Source of the DNA: an uncultured Spirochaetales bacterium
GTDB lineage: Bacteria; Myxococcota_A; UBA9160; UBA6930
Assembly: GCA_964615365.1 (NCBI GenBank)
Contig: CAZTOU010000002.1
Span: 87,160-151,159 of the forward strand
Length of the DNA: 64,000 bases
Direction of reading: 5' to 3'
A model generated the notes under the pieces. That model was not told the origin of the DNA, did no database searches, and was given only the letters and a program-made list of their open reading frames with translations. This document shows, piece by piece, positions 18,053 through 29,226 of this stretch. Within the stretch, counting starts at the first letter, position 1; each line of letters begins with the position of its first letter. Position numbers and translations under genes: made by a program.

Positions 18053-19213
18053 CTAGGCCTCTCCGGTGGCGCCGCGGATCGGCGCGACCGCCCGAGGGAA
18101 GGAGCCGAAGACTCGGCAGAAATTGGCGCAGCGAGCCGCCTCTGCGAGCGCCCGCTCCACGCGCGCCTCGCTCCGGTGCCCCTCGAGATCGATGAAGAAC
18201 ACGTACTCCCAAGGCGCACCCTTGAGGGGGCGGGCCTGAATGCTGGCGAGATTCACCTGGTGGCGGGCGAAGGGCTCGAGCAGGCGGTGGAGCGCCCCCG
18301 CCTCGCCCTTTCGCACGGTGAAGGCGACGGAGGTGAGATCGTTCCCGCTCGTCGCCGGGGGCTCTCCCCCGAGCACCACGAAACGGGTGGTGTTGTCGGA
18401 ACGGTCCTCGATCGACTCGGCGATGACGAGGAGCCCCACGATCTCCCCACCGAGCGAGCTTCCCACCGCGGCCACCTCCGGCTGCTCGGCCGCGAGCCGT
18501 GCAGCGGCTGCCGTGCTCGGCATCTCGAGGCACTCCACGCCGGGGAGGTGTCGCTCGAGCCAGGTCCGGCACTGGGCCAAGGGCTGCGGCTTGGAGGCGA
18601 CTCGCTTCACGTCCTCGAGGCGCCCGGACTGGGACATCAGCTGGAGGGAGATCCTGAGCAGACTCTCGCCGCAGATCGAGAGCTCGGAGTCGACCAGTGC
18701 GTCCAGCGTCTCGGTCACCACGCCTTCCGTGGTGTTCTCGACGGGAACGATCCCGTGATCCACCTCGCCGCGCTCGACGGCTTCGAAGACCTCGCGAATC
18801 GACGAGACCGCGACGCCCTCACCCAACGCACCGAAGATCCGGCGGGTGGCGAGGTGCGAGAAGGTCCCTTCCGGACCGAGGAACGCCACGCGGAGTCGCG
18901 CCTCCAGCGAGCGGGTTGCGGAGATGATCTCGCGAAAGACGTGGGGAAGTGCGGAACTCGGGAAGGGGCCCGGATTCGCCTCGACGAGGCCGGCGACCAA
19001 GTCCCGCTCACGCGCCGCATCGTACACGGGCGCGCGTCGCGACATCTTGGACCTGCCGATCTGCTGGACCAGTCGCGCCCGCTCGTTCAACTTCTCGAGC
19101 AGTTCCCGATCCACCACGTCGATCGCTTTTCGCAAGCGCTCGATCGCGGCGGCAAACTCCGCATTCGAGTCCGACGCAGCCGTCGCAGAATCACCGGAAC
19201 CGGGCTCGTTCAT
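18053..19213 (-). CDS. pheA: Bifunctional chorismate mutase/prephenate dehydratase (P-protein)
   Basis: LRKAIDVVDRELLEKLNERA (CM), VAFLGPEGTFSH, GIVPVENTTEG, DNTTRFVVL, ESRP-like IQARP and ACT domain. Confidence 0.93.
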   Translation of the reverse strand: MNEPGSGDSATAASDSNAEFAAAIERLRKAIDVVDRELLEKLNERARLVQQIGRSKMSRRAPVYDAARERDLVAGLVEANPGPFPSSALPHVFREIISATRSLEARLRVAFLGPEGTFSHLATRRIFGALGEGVAVSSIREVFEAVERGEVDHGIVPVENTTEGVVTETLDALVDSELSICGESLLRISLQLMSQSGRLEDVKRVASKPQPLAQCRTWLERHLPGVECLEMPSTAAAARLAAEQPEVAAVGSSLGGEIVGLLVIAESIEDRSDNTTRFVVLGGEPPATSGNDLTSVAFTVRKGEAGALHRLLEPFARHQVNLASIQARPLKGAPWEYVFFIDLEGHRSEARVERALAEAARCANFCRVFGSFPRAVAPIRGATGEA

Positions 19214-19324
19214 TGTTCCTTTCGCCGCGATCCGGGCCCCGACCACCGGCCACGGGACATCCGGTGGGTGTGGCACAGGTCCGGACTGGTGGAAATCCGC
19301 CTAACCCCTCGAAAAGATTGGTGC

Positions 19325-19353
19325 AATATATCCGAGAGCCCTCGGGCGGTCAA
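19325..19353 (-). promoter_or_regulatory. Sigma70-type promoter of the pheA-led operon
   Basis: Minus strand TTGACC-17 nt-TATATT, about 110 nt upstream of the pheA ATG. Confidence 0.7.
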
Positions 19354-19606
19354 ACACGGAATCGAGATTCCTTCGCGCTTCCGGGCAGTTACCGCGCTAC
19401 CGCGCCAGCCGAACGGCCGCTCCGCAGCGATCTCTCAAGCATCCGAAAAACTTGAAGATTTCTCGCTCCCGCCCTCGGGACCAGGGTTCAAGGCGCAACC
19501 CTGATCTGTCGATAGCTGCGGGGAGTCCACCTCATCGGAGAGCAAGCTCATCTCGAGTCCCCTGCTGCGAAGGCAGCCGCTCAGCGGCCTGGCCGCGAAG
19601 ATCGTC

Positions 19607-21232
19607 TTGGTGGTCTTCGTATCGACCCTACTGACGGCCCTGGTCGTCAGCTGGATCTCCGTGTACTCGGCGCATGGATTCCTGCGCGGGAGGATCGAGC
19701 GGGAGTTTCCCTCCGTCCTCGCCGAAACCTCGGAGAACATCGCGGGCTGGCTCCGCGAAGGCCGCTCCGAGCTGGAGCGACTCGCCTCGGACCCCTCCGT
19801 GCGACGAGCGCTGAGCCAGAGGAATCCCGCGGGGGGCAGGGAAGCCCTCTTGGACCAGGCCCTCCACCGGACCGACACCTTCGACACCCTCGCCATCGTC
19901 GATTCCTCCGGAGAGACGGTGGCGATCGCGACCCGGGGCGATTCTCCTCCTCCGCTCGCACCGCTCGCGGTTCTGGCTGCCGAGGCGGAGGGAGCCGTGA
20001 TCGGGGCGATCCCGTCTGCCGGCGATGCGACCACACCAGCCGCCGCGATTCGTCTGGTGCAGCGCAGCGGCCGGGCTCTCGGAACCCTCTGTGGCGTGTT
20101 CCACCGCAGCGGGCTCCGCGAAATGCTCGCCACCGTGGCGATCGGAGCTGGGGGCAACGTCCTGCTGGTCGACGAATCCGGGCGGGCACAGGTCGGAGCC
20201 GCCGAGGCCGGGAGCGGAGGAGTTCCCTTGCCCGCGCAGCTTCTGGAGGCCACGCGGGGCGAGGTCCAGGACTTCCGGAGCCACGCGGGCAAGCGGATGG
20301 TCGGTGCCGCCCTGCCCCTCGGCGAGCTGGGCTGGACGCTCGCGGTGCAGCAGCCCTTCGAGGACGCCTTCAAGCCGATGATCCGGCTGGCGATGCGGCT
20401 GTTGACGATCGACCTCTCCGTCCTCCTGCTCTTCGGCCTCTTCGCCTACCGGGTGACCACGACGGCGATGCGGCCGATCGAGGCGCTCTCCAAGGGCGCC
20501 CGGCGGATCTCCTACGGCGAGCTCGACGTCGAGATCCCGGAGAGCCCGGGTGGTGATGAGATCGGACTGCTGATCCACACCTTCAACGACATGACTCGCA
20601 AGCTCCACCACCAGCGGACCGAGATCGAGCAGGCGAACCACAAGCTCGTCGCGCAGAACGACGAGCTTCAGCAGGCCAACGAGGTCCTCGAACAGCTCTC
20701 GATCACGGACGGCCTGACCCGGCTCCACAACCACCGATTCTTCCAGGAGCACCTGACCCGCGAGATCAAGCGGGTGGATCGCAGCAGAGAGCCCCTCTCG
20801 CTGCTCCTGCTGGACATCGATGATTTCAAGCAGCTGAACGATCAGTTCGGGCACGTCGCGGGCGACGAGCTCCTGATGGGCATCGCGCGGGTTCTCAATC
20901 AGGCGATGCGTGACAGCGATCTGCTCGCACGCTACGGCGGCGAGGAGTTCGCGGTCCTGGCCTCCAACACCGACCTCAAAGGAGCCGCCCACCTCGCCGA
21001 GAAGATCCGCACCGCCGTGGCCGAAGCCGCCTTCATCGTCGACGACTTGATGCGACCGACGAGAATGACGATCTCGATCGGAGTCGCTCAGTACCGAGGC
21101 AGTCGAAAGCAGCTGCTTCGCGCCACGGACCGGGCCCTCTACCGCGCCAAGGGCAACGGCAAGGACTGCGTGGAGGCCGACGATCTCGACCCATCGAGCT
21201 CGAGCTACGGGCTGCCCCCCCGGGAGACTTGA
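19607..21232 (+). CDS. Diguanylate cyclase with TM-dCache-TM-HAMP-coiled coil-GGDEF architecture (true start probably upstream)
   Basis: SITDGLTRLHNHR, LLLDIDDFKQLNDQFGHVAGD, RDSD I-site (RxxD), RYGGEEF, ADRALYRAK-like; HAMP DEIGLL..FNDM. Confidence 0.9.
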   Translation: MVVFVSTLLTALVVSWISVYSAHGFLRGRIEREFPSVLAETSENIAGWLREGRSELERLASDPSVRRALSQRNPAGGREALLDQALHRTDTFDTLAIVDSSGETVAIATRGDSPPPLAPLAVLAAEAEGAVIGAIPSAGDATTPAAAIRLVQRSGRALGTLCGVFHRSGLREMLATVAIGAGGNVLLVDESGRAQVGAAEAGSGGVPLPAQLLEATRGEVQDFRSHAGKRMVGAALPLGELGWTLAVQQPFEDAFKPMIRLAMRLLTIDLSVLLLFGLFAYRVTTTAMRPIEALSKGARRISYGELDVEIPESPGGDEIGLLIHTFNDMTRKLHHQRTEIEQANHKLVAQNDELQQANEVLEQLSITDGLTRLHNHRFFQEHLTREIKRVDRSREPLSLLLLDIDDFKQLNDQFGHVAGDELLMGIARVLNQAMRDSDLLARYGGEEFAVLASNTDLKGAAHLAEKIRTAVAEAAFIVDDLMRPTRMTISIGVAQYRGSRKQLLRATDRALYRAKGNGKDCVEADDLDPSSSSYGLPPRET

Positions 21233-21396
21233 GCCCACCCCACCAGCCGTGCGATCCTGCCCGCGGCCTTCCATCGAGCGGAGAGGTTCGATGGAGAGGC
21301 CGCCGATTGACAACAGAGGGCTTCGAGGAGCACTCAGGGCAGGTGAAGGCGCCGACGGTGCCCCTCTTCCGGCCCCGACCCGACGGGTGAGCGAGA

Positions 21397-22518
21397 ATGC
21401 TGAATCGCCAGGACGATTTCCCGATCCATCAGACGCCCGATCCGGTGGCCGTACCGGCTACCGGCAACCGGAATGTCTACGACCGGTTCTTCTTCAACGG
21501 CTACAGCCGGGACGGCGCGCTCTACTTCGCCGCCGCGATGGGCCTCTATCCGAACCGGAACGTGCTGGACGCTTCCTTCAGCGTGGTGCGCGGGGGGGTG
21601 CAGACGTCCGTCCACGCCTCTCGACGGGCGCCTCTGGAGAGAACCGAGACGCGGGCCGGACCGATCACCGTGGAGGTGCTCGACGCCATGCGTTCGCTTC
21701 GCCTCCGCGTGGCGGACAACGAGATCGGGGTTCGCGCGGAGCTCCAGTTCGACGCCCGCACGGTTGCGGTCGAGGAGCCGCGTTTCACGCGGCGATTGGG
21801 AACCCGGGTGATGATGGACACGACCCGCTTCACCCAGTGGGGGACCTGGAAGGGATTCGTCGCGGTGGATGGAGAGCGCATCGAGGTCGATGCGAGCCAG
21901 GTGCTCGGCACGCGGGATCGCTCCTGGGGGGTCCGACCGGTGGGGGAGCCCGAGGGCGGAGCACCGGGCGCGACGCCCCAGTTCTTCTGGCTCTGGGCGC
22001 CCCTTCACTTCGACGACCTCTGTGCCCACTTCGACGTCGTCGAAGACGGCGAGGGGAGGGTCGAGAACCAAAACGGAAGCACCGTACCGATCCTGGCCGG
22101 GCCGCGAGACGAGAGCATCGACTACGGCGGGAATGTGGCCGAGAAGATGGTGTCGGTCTCCCACAGGGTCGGGTGGCGGCGCGGGACCCGGCGCGCCGAG
22201 TCCGCGGAGATCGTGCTGGTGCCCTTCCGGGGCGAAGAGCGGCTCATCACGCTCGAACCGATGCTCACCTTCCAGATGCTGGGCCTCGGCTACCTGCACC
22301 CGGAGTGGGGGCACGGGATCTGGAAGGGTGAGGAAGAGGTCGGATGCGAGCAGTGGAAGCTCGCAGACCTGAACCCCCTGGACCCGCGCCACATCCACGT
22401 CCAGGAGCTGTGTCGCGCCCGCATGGGCGAACGCGAGGGGATCGGCATCCTCGAGCAGCTCGTCATCGGCCCGCACCAGCCCTCTGGCTTCGAGGGACTC
22501 TTCGACGGGGCCGGCTAG
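21397..22518 (+). CDS. Conserved hypothetical protein, predicted beta-rich (AttH/CrtC/tocopherol-cyclase-like fold, tentative)
   Basis: 373-aa ORF with good codon pattern; DDFPIHQTP..YDRFFFN, RDRSWGVRP motifs; fold assignment is inference. Confidence 0.65.
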   Translation: MLNRQDDFPIHQTPDPVAVPATGNRNVYDRFFFNGYSRDGALYFAAAMGLYPNRNVLDASFSVVRGGVQTSVHASRRAPLERTETRAGPITVEVLDAMRSLRLRVADNEIGVRAELQFDARTVAVEEPRFTRRLGTRVMMDTTRFTQWGTWKGFVAVDGERIEVDASQVLGTRDRSWGVRPVGEPEGGAPGATPQFFWLWAPLHFDDLCAHFDVVEDGEGRVENQNGSTVPILAGPRDESIDYGGNVAEKMVSVSHRVGWRRGTRRAESAEIVLVPFRGEERLITLEPMLTFQMLGLGYLHPEWGHGIWKGEEEVGCEQWKLADLNPLDPRHIHVQELCRARMGEREGIGILEQLVIGPHQPSGFEGLFDGAG

Positions 22519-22540
22519 TCACTGGGGACGTCCCCACTGC

Positions 22541-23353
22541 CTATGAGCGGGCCTGGGTGGCTTGGAGCGGCGCCTTCAGCTCCGAGACGAAGCGGGCGAC
22601 CGCATCCACCGCGGCTTCCGCGGATGGGGCGGCCTCGATCCGGTCCACGATCGCGCTGCCCACCACGACGCCGTCCGCGAAGCTTCCCACCAGCCGGGCG
22701 TGATCGGCCGTGGAGATTCCGAAGCCCACGCAGACCGGCACGTCGGAGTGATCGCGGATGCGCCCCACCTCGGACTCGAGATTCCGGGAGAGCTCCGTGC
22801 GGGCGCCGGTCACTCCCGTGAGCGAGACATAGTAGAGGAATCCGCGCGTGCGCTCTGCCAGCATCTCGAGGCGGCTGTCCACCGTGGTCGGTGCCGCCAG
22901 CAGGACCGGGTCGATTCCGTGGCGCTCCGCCTCCTGGAAGAACGCCTCTCCCTCTTCCGGAGGGAGGTCCGGCACGATGATCCCGTCGATCCCGACCTCG
23001 GCAGCCGCCCCCGCGAAGCCCTCGGCTCCCATGGCGTAGAATGGATTCGCGTAACCCATCAGGAGCAGCGGTACGTCCACCTGAGAGCGCAGCCTCTTCA
23101 CCCGCTCGAGGATGCGCCGGAGCGTTGCGCCGCGCGCCAGCGCCCGTTCGCTCGCACGCTGGATCGTCGGGCCCTCGGCGGTCGGATCCGAGAAGGGCAC
23201 GCCGATCTCGATCAGGTCGGCGCCGGACTCGGCCATTGCCAGCACCAGCTCCTCGGTGGTGTCGAGATCCGGGTCGCCGCCCGTGACGAAGGGGACGAGT
23301 GCTCGCTCGCGAGCGGCTCGGAGTCGCGCGAAGGTCTCTCCGATTCTCCCCAT
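22541..23353 (-). CDS. trpA: Tryptophan synthase alpha chain
   Basis: FVTGGDP, IEIGVPFSDPTAEGPTIQ, LMGYANP, YYVSLTGVTG, VGFGIS, DGVVVGSA. Confidence 0.97.
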   Translation of the reverse strand: MGRIGETFARLRAARERALVPFVTGGDPDLDTTEELVLAMAESGADLIEIGVPFSDPTAEGPTIQRASERALARGATLRRILERVKRLRSQVDVPLLLMGYANPFYAMGAEGFAGAAAEVGIDGIIVPDLPPEEGEAFFQEAERHGIDPVLLAAPTTVDSRLEMLAERTRGFLYYVSLTGVTGARTELSRNLESEVGRIRDHSDVPVCVGFGISTADHARLVGSFADGVVVGSAIVDRIEAAPSAEAAVDAVARFVSELKAPLQATQARS

Positions 23354-24609
23354 CAGCGAGCCTCCGCGTCCCTGGGGGGGAGGATGTCGCGCACCTGCTC
23401 CGCGTCCTTGTCACCGCGACCCGAGAGATTCACCACGACGATCGCGCCGCGGTCGAGCGTCGGCACCAGCGCGCGCAGGTGGGCGATCGCGTGGGCGGAC
23501 TCCAGGGCGGGAATGATCCCCTCCTTTCGCGAGAGAAACTGGAACGCCTCCAGTGCCTCCCCGTCGGTGACCGGAAGGTATTCGACCCGCCCGGTGTCGC
23601 GAAGATGGGCGTGCTCGGGGCCCACCCCCGGGTAGTCGAGCCCGGCGGAGACGGAGTGAGCGGGGAAGATCTGCCCATCGTCGTCAGAGAGCACGATGGT
23701 GCGCTTGCCATGGAAGATGCCGGGGACGCCGGTGGTCAGTGTGGCGCCGTGCCGGCGCGTGGTCACACCTTCGCCACCGGCCTCGACGCCGATCATGCGC
23801 ACGCCCGCATCCTCCAGGAAGGGATGGAAGAGCCCGATCGCGTTGGATCCGCCTCCCACACAGGCCACCAGCACGTCGGGAAGCCGACCCTCCAGCTCGA
23901 GGATCTGCTGCCGGACCTCGACGCCGATCACGCGCTGCAGGTCGCGTACCAGGGTCGGGTAGGGGTGGGGGCCCATTACCGAGCCGATGCAGTAGTAGGT
24001 GGTCCGGATGTTCGTCACCCAGTTGCGCATCGCCTCGTTGATCGCATCCTTGAGGGTCCGCGACCCGGAGGTGACCGGGTGGACCTGGGCGCCGAGGAGC
24101 TCCATCCGGAAGACGTTCAACGCCTGCCGGGCGACGTCTTCCTCACCCATGAAGACTTCACAGTCCTGCCCCAGAAGCGCGCAGGCCGTCGCCGTTGCGA
24201 CGCCGTGCTGACCGGCCCCCGTCTCCGCGATCACCCGGCCCTTGCCCATGTACTTCGCCAGCAGCGCCTGGCCGAGGACGTTGTTCACCTTGTGCGCTCC
24301 GGTGTGGGCCAGATCCTCGCGCTTCAAGTAGATCTTCGCCCCGCCGAGCTCCTCGCTCAGTCGTCGCGCGTGGTAGAGCGGCGTCGGACGGCCGGCGTAG
24401 CTCGAGAGCAGGCCGTCGAGCTCTGCGCGGTACTCGGGGCTCTCCATCACCCGCGGAATCGCGCTCTCCAGCTCGTCGAGTGCCGCAATCAAGGTCTCGG
24501 GGACGTACCGTCCGCCGTACTCTCCGAAGTACCCGGGTCGATCTCGAGCTTCGCCCGGCTTCGACTCGCTGCGCTCGCTCTGGGCCCGCTGCCCGGCCTT
24601 CCCCGTCAA
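23353..24609 (-). CDS. trpB: Tryptophan synthase beta chain
   Basis: [31 protein letters not shown] (PLP Lys), [34 protein letters not shown]; TTG start overlapping the trpF stop, GGAGG RBS. Confidence 0.97.
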   Translation of the reverse strand: MTGKAGQRAQSERSESKPGEARDRPGYFGEYGGRYVPETLIAALDELESAIPRVMESPEYRAELDGLLSSYAGRPTPLYHARRLSEELGGAKIYLKREDLAHTGAHKVNNVLGQALLAKYMGKGRVIAETGAGQHGVATATACALLGQDCEVFMGEEDVARQALNVFRMELLGAQVHPVTSGSRTLKDAINEAMRNWVTNIRTTYYCIGSVMGPHPYPTLVRDLQRVIGVEVRQQILELEGRLPDVLVACVGGGSNAIGLFHPFLEDAGVRMIGVEAGGEGVTTRRHGATLTTGVPGIFHGKRTIVLSDDDGQIFPAHSVSAGLDYPGVGPEHAHLRDTGRVEYLPVTDGEALEAFQFLSRKEGIIPALESAHAIAHLRALVPTLDRGAIVVVNLSGRGDKDAEQVRDILPPRDAEAR

Positions 24610-25235
24610 GGAGCCTCCTCGGCCTCGCGAACCGCTTTGATGAACGCATCGATGCGCGCCCGATCCTTTCGATACCCGTCTGCCTCGACGCCGGTCGCGA
24701 CGTCCACGCCCCAGGGAGGCAGACCTCCGAGATTCAGCAATGCCTCGCCCACGTTCTCGGGATCGAGTCCCCCCGCGAGGATGATGTCGTAGCCCTCGGC
24801 GATCAGCTCGGTGGCCTCGCTCCAGTTCCAGGGCTTCCCCTCCCCACCCCGTCCCGTCGGATGATCGAGGAGCAGGAGCGCTCCGGGGTAGGCCATTGCC
24901 GCCTCGCGGTCCGCCCCGCGCACCGCCTTGATGACCGGGAGATCGACCATCTCCACCTCGTCCTCGGACTCGTCGCCGTGGAACTGGATCCGCTCGAGCT
25001 CGATCCGACGGGCCACCATCTCGACCTCGTTCCAGGGGGCGTCGCGGAACACCGCGACCCGTTCCACCTGTCCCGACGCCCGCTCGGCGATCGCCTCCGC
25101 CGTTTGGAGGTCGAGCTTCCGAGGCGACCCTGGAACGAAGTTCAGTCCGATCAGATCCACGCCCGCGTCGATCGCCGCGGCCGCATCGTCCGGGTGCGTC
25201 ACCCCACAGACCTTGATCCGAATGCCTCCCGTCAC
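24606..25235 (-). CDS. trpF: Phosphoribosylanthranilate isomerase
   Basis: [12 protein letters not shown]...[30 protein letters not shown]. Confidence 0.95.
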   Translation of the reverse strand: MTGGIRIKVCGVTHPDDAAAAIDAGVDLIGLNFVPGSPRKLDLQTAEAIAERASGQVERVAVFRDAPWNEVEMVARRIELERIQFHGDESEDEVEMVDLPVIKAVRGADREAAMAYPGALLLLDHPTGRGGEGKPWNWSEATELIAEGYDIILAGGLDPENVGEALLNLGGLPPWGVDVATGVEADGYRKDRARIDAFIKAVREAEEAP

Positions 25236-26017
25236 ATTCTCCCCCGTAGTCGCCGAAGAGCGAGACCGACATCGGCCTCCCTCATCAGCGATTCGCCCAC
25301 CAGAAAGGCATCAACTCCAGCGCCCTCCAGTCGGCGGATCTCTCCGTGGCTGAAGATACCGCTCTCTGCGACGATCAGGGCCTTCCCGGCCGCCAACGGC
25401 GCGAGCCGCTCGCTCACCCCCAGATCGGTCTCGAAGCTGCGCAGGTTGCGGTTGTTGATCCCGATCAGGTCCGCTCCCGCCGCCAGAGCGCTCTCGAGCT
25501 CGTCCTCGTCGTGGACCTCCACCAGCGCGTCCAGTCCCAGCGAAATGGCGTGCTGCCGCAGGCGCCCGAGCTCCTCTCCGGACAGGGCCGCCGCGATCAG
25601 CAGGACCGCGTCGGCGCCGCTCACGCGCGCCTCGTCGATCTGGTAGGGATCGATCACGAAGTCCTTTCGCAGCAGCGGAAGCTCCACGGCGGATCGCACC
25701 GCCGGGAGAAACTCCAACCGTCCGCCGAAGTAGCGCTCGTCAGTCAGAACGGAGATCGCCGCCGCGCCCGCCTCGGCGTAGGACCGGGCGCACTCCACCG
25801 CGTCGAAGTCGGCGCGGATCTCCCCCTTGCTCGGCGAACGGCGCTTGATCTCCGCAATGACCCGCGGCCCGGGCCCCGCCGCGAGTGCCGACCGAAATCC
25901 GCGCAGCGCTTCCCCACTTCCCCGGGCCCGTTCCGCCACCCGAGAGACCGGAGCGCGACGCTTCGCCTCGGCCACCTCGCCGCGCTTGTGCTCGAGAATC
26001 TCGTCCAGGATCGTCAT
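25232..26017 (-). CDS. trpC: Indole-3-glycerol-phosphate synthase
   Basis: [56 protein letters not shown]. Confidence 0.97.
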   Translation of the reverse strand: MTILDEILEHKRGEVAEAKRRAPVSRVAERARGSGEALRGFRSALAAGPGPRVIAEIKRRSPSKGEIRADFDAVECARSYAEAGAAAISVLTDERYFGGRLEFLPAVRSAVELPLLRKDFVIDPYQIDEARVSGADAVLLIAAALSGEELGRLRQHAISLGLDALVEVHDEDELESALAAGADLIGINNRNLRSFETDLGVSERLAPLAAGKALIVAESGIFSHGEIRRLEGAGVDAFLVGESLMREADVGLALRRLRGRM

Positions 26018-26021
26018 CGCC

Positions 26022-27050
26022 TCAGTCCCGGGCGGCGATCCCGGCAGTGACCCGGATCAGCTCCTCGAGCCGCGCTGCCGCCGCACCCGAGTCGATGCTC
26101 TGGCGGGCCAGCTCGATTCCCGCTCCCAGGTCCTCGGCCGCCTCGGCCACGAGGAGTGCCGCGCCCGCGTTCAGCACCACGATGTCGTTCCTCGGCCCCG
26201 GCTCTCCGCCGAGGACCGACCGGGCGATCCGGGCGTTCTCCTCCGCGTCGCCGCCCGCCAGCGCCCTCTTCTCCACCCGCTCGATTCCGAAGTCCCGTGG
26301 ATCGATGCGAAGGGTGGTCACCGCTCCGTCGGCCAGCAGCGCCGCGTGGGAGCAGGCGGTGGTGGTGATCTCGTCCAGCCCGTCGTCACCGTGCACCACC
26401 AGGGCCCGCTCGGTGCCGAGATCCCCCAGAACCCGGGCCAGCGTCTCGACCAGGCGCCCTTCGTAGACTCCGATGAGCTGACGCTTCGCGCCCACCGGGT
26501 TCAGGAGCGGCCCCATGCAGTTCATCACGGTTCGAATCCCGAGCTCCTGCCGGACCGGCGCGACGAAGCGCATGGCGGGATGGGCGCGGCGCGCGAAGAA
26601 GGGTGCGATGCCCACCTCCGCGAGAACCCTCGCCGCGTCGCCGATCGGGAGGTCTGCGTGGACGCCCAGGGCCTCGAGGAGATCGAAGCTCCCGGCTCGG
26701 CTCGACGCCGCCCGGTTTCCGTGCTTGGCCACCGGGAACCCTGCGCCCGCCACCACGAAGGCCGCCACGGTGGAGATGTTGAAGGTACCGGCGCCATCAC
26801 CGCCGGTTCCGCAGGTGTCGACGGTCCGAGGGTCGACGAGCGGCGCCGTATCGGCCCGCGCCCGCAGCACGCGCGCCGCCGCGGTGATCTCCCCGACCGT
26901 CTCCCCCTTGGTGCGCAGCGCCACCAGGAGCGCGGCGATCTGCACCGAGGATGCCTTCCCGTCCATGATCTCCGCGAACGCCTCCTCGAGGACCGACGGC
27001 GGAATCTCCTCGCCGAGGGTGGCGGTCTCGATCGCTTCCCGAAGGCTCAT
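26022..27050 (-). CDS. trpD: Anthranilate phosphoribosyltransferase
   Basis: [46 protein letters not shown]. Confidence 0.97.
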   Translation of the reverse strand: MSLREAIETATLGEEIPPSVLEEAFAEIMDGKASSVQIAALLVALRTKGETVGEITAAARVLRARADTAPLVDPRTVDTCGTGGDGAGTFNISTVAAFVVAGAGFPVAKHGNRAASSRAGSFDLLEALGVHADLPIGDAARVLAEVGIAPFFARRAHPAMRFVAPVRQELGIRTVMNCMGPLLNPVGAKRQLIGVYEGRLVETLARVLGDLGTERALVVHGDDGLDEITTTACSHAALLADGAVTTLRIDPRDFGIERVEKRALAGGDAEENARIARSVLGGEPGPRNDIVVLNAGAALLVAEAAEDLGAGIELARQSIDSGAAAARLEELIRVTAGIAARD

Positions 27051-27637
27051 CGGGGCCGCCTCTCCCCACAGCGCGAGAGAAAGTTCGCGAGCAGACGCTT
27101 GCCGTCGGGCGTGAGGATCGATTCCGGGTGAAACTGCACGCCTTCGACCGGAAGCCCCTGGTGACGGAGACCCATGATCTCACCGTCCGGGCAACGGGCG
27201 CTGACCTCCAGAACCGGGGGACACGAGTCCGGATCCACCACCAGGGAGTGGTAGCGGGTCGCGTCGAGGGGAGTGGGAAGTCCCTCGAAGATGCCGCTCT
27301 GGTCGTGGTGAATCGCCGAGGTCTTGCCGTGCATGAGGGTCCGGGCCTGCGCGATCCGCGCTCCGAAAGCCTCACCGATGGCCTGGTGGCCCAGGCAGAC
27401 GCCGAGAACGGGCGTTCCCCGGCGCGCGAAGGCCTGCACGGCGGCGATCGATACGCCGGCCGCGTCCGGCCTCCCGGGGCCGGGCGAGATCACCAGCCCC
27501 GCTGCCCCCCGCTCCAGCATCGCCTCGACCGACGCGGCGTCGTTGCGAAGCACTTCGGTCTCGGCGCCCAGCTCGCCCAGGTACTGCACCAGGTTGTAGG
27601 TGAACGAGTCGTAGTTATCGATCATCAGGAGCCGCAT
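27047..27637 (-). CDS. trpG: Anthranilate synthase component II (glutamine amidotransferase)
   Basis: [42 protein letters not shown]; TGATG overlap with trpE. Confidence 0.95.
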   Translation of the reverse strand: MRLLMIDNYDSFTYNLVQYLGELGAETEVLRNDAASVEAMLERGAAGLVISPGPGRPDAAGVSIAAVQAFARRGTPVLGVCLGHQAIGEAFGARIAQARTLMHGKTSAIHHDQSGIFEGLPTPLDATRYHSLVVDPDSCPPVLEVSARCPDGEIMGLRHQGLPVEGVQFHPESILTPDGKRLLANFLSRCGERRPR

Positions 27638-29127
27638 CAATCGGCACCCTCGCGGGCCAGGTCGATGGCCTGGATCAGGGCCTGGGCCTTGTTCAGGGAC
27701 TCCTGATACTCCGCCTCGGGATCCGAATCCGCCACCACGCCGCCGCCGGACTGGAGGTGGATCGCGTCGTCCTTCACCAGCATGGTTCGGATGGTGATCG
27801 CCATGTCCATGTTGCCGGAGTAGTCCACATAGCCGACGCAGCCGCCATAGGGACCGCGCCGCAGCGTCTCGAGCTCGTCGATGATCTCCATGGCCCGCAC
27901 CTTCGGCGCACCGGACAGGGTGCCCGCCGGGAAGGTGGCGCGCAGCAGATCGAGCCAGTCGAGGTTCTCCCGCAGCCTCCCGCGCACATTCGAGACGATG
28001 TGCATCACGTGCGAGTAGCGCTCGATGGAGGCGTACTCGTTCACCTCCACGGATCCGATCTCGGCGACGCGCCCCACGTCGTTGCGACCCAGATCGACGA
28101 GCATCACGTGCTCCGCCAGCTCCTTCGGATCCGCGAGCAGCTCCTTCTCGAGGGCGACGTCCTCCTCCGGAGTCTTGCCCCGCGGTCGGGTCCCGGCGAT
28201 GGGGCGCAGGTCGATCTGACCGCTCTCGACCCGCACCAGGATCTCCGGTGAAGAGCCGATGATCACCGCGCCTTCGCAGCGGAGGAAGAAGAGATACGGG
28301 CTCGGATTGATCCGTCGGAGCTGGCGATAGAACTCGAACGGGTCGACCTGAAGTGCGATCTGGAAGCGCTGGGAGAGCACGACCTGGAAGATGTCGCCCG
28401 CGCGGATGTAATCCTTCGCCCGCTTCACCATCTCCCGGTAGGCTTCGCGGGTGATGCTCCGCCGGACCTCCATCGGCCGCTGCACCGGGACCGGCCCTGG
28501 CTCCGGCGGAAGGGGCTCGCGGAGCCGGCTCACCGTGGCCGCGATCGCCTCCTCCGCCCGCCGGTAGCAGTCCGCGACGTCGTCCTGCTCGCCCACGGCG
28601 ATCTCGCGGATCACCATCGCCGAATGGCGGACGTTGTCGTAAACCACCACCGTCTCGGGAAACACGAAATAGAGATCCGGGGCTTCGAGCTCGTCGGGGT
28701 TGTCGTCCGGAATCCGTTCGATGAAGCGGATCCAGTCCCAGCTGATCATGCCCACCGCGCCGCCCGAGAACCGTGGCAGCTCGACTCCCTCGGGAGATAC
28801 AGGCCGATACCGCGAGAGTCGCTCGCGCAATACCTGCAGGGGATCGCCATCGACGCGGAAGGAACGGGTCTCGCCGTTCTCGGTCCACTCCACCTGATCG
28901 CCCCGCGCGCGGAACATCGCGCGGGCCCCCACCCCCATGAAGCTGTAGCGGGCCCACTTCTCGCCTCCCTCGACCGACTCGAGGAGGAAGGAGGTCCGAC
29001 CGTCGTCCAGGCGCCGGAACAGCGAGAGCGGCGTGTCCATGTCGGCGACGATCTCGCGCACCACGGGAATCAGATTGCCCCGGGAGGCGAGGCTCTCGAA
29101 TTCTTCCTGCGAGGGGCGAAGGGTCAC
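27637..29127 (-). CDS. trpE: Anthranilate synthase component I
   Basis: [74 protein letters not shown]; start is GTG 29127 or 29175. Confidence 0.95.
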   Translation of the reverse strand: MTLRPSQEEFESLASRGNLIPVVREIVADMDTPLSLFRRLDDGRTSFLLESVEGGEKWARYSFMGVGARAMFRARGDQVEWTENGETRSFRVDGDPLQVLRERLSRYRPVSPEGVELPRFSGGAVGMISWDWIRFIERIPDDNPDELEAPDLYFVFPETVVVYDNVRHSAMVIREIAVGEQDDVADCYRRAEEAIAATVSRLREPLPPEPGPVPVQRPMEVRRSITREAYREMVKRAKDYIRAGDIFQVVLSQRFQIALQVDPFEFYRQLRRINPSPYLFFLRCEGAVIIGSSPEILVRVESGQIDLRPIAGTRPRGKTPEEDVALEKELLADPKELAEHVMLVDLGRNDVGRVAEIGSVEVNEYASIERYSHVMHIVSNVRGRLRENLDWLDLLRATFPAGTLSGAPKVRAMEIIDELETLRRGPYGGCVGYVDYSGNMDMAITIRTMLVKDDAIHLQSGGGVVADSDPEAEYQESLNKAQALIQAIDLAREGAD

Positions 29128-29180
29128 TGTCTCGTCTGGCGCGGCCGGCGCCGATGAAGAACACCCAGCGGACACCGCTT

Positions 29181-29207
29181 AGTATCAAAGGGCCCCGAGA
29201 GCGTCAA
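29181..29207 (-). promoter_or_regulatory. Putative trp operon promoter
   Basis: Minus strand TTGACG followed by GATACT (15-nt spacer) or TACTAA (17-nt spacer); spacing imperfect. Confidence 0.4.
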
Positions 29208-29226
29208 GCGAGGGCGGCATCTCCCC

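Noticed and set aside
19214-19320. Phe-responsive attenuator in the pheA leader
   Set aside because: No short ORF with Phe codons and no terminator hairpin with a U tract
21307-21335. Perfect TTGACA upstream of the 21397 gene
   Set aside because: No acceptable -10 at 16-18 nt spacing, so not listed as a promoter
29128-29226. Trp leader peptide or attenuator upstream of trpE
   Set aside because: There is only one Trp codon, in a frame whose TTG start lies within the promoter; no tandem Trp codons and no terminator structure
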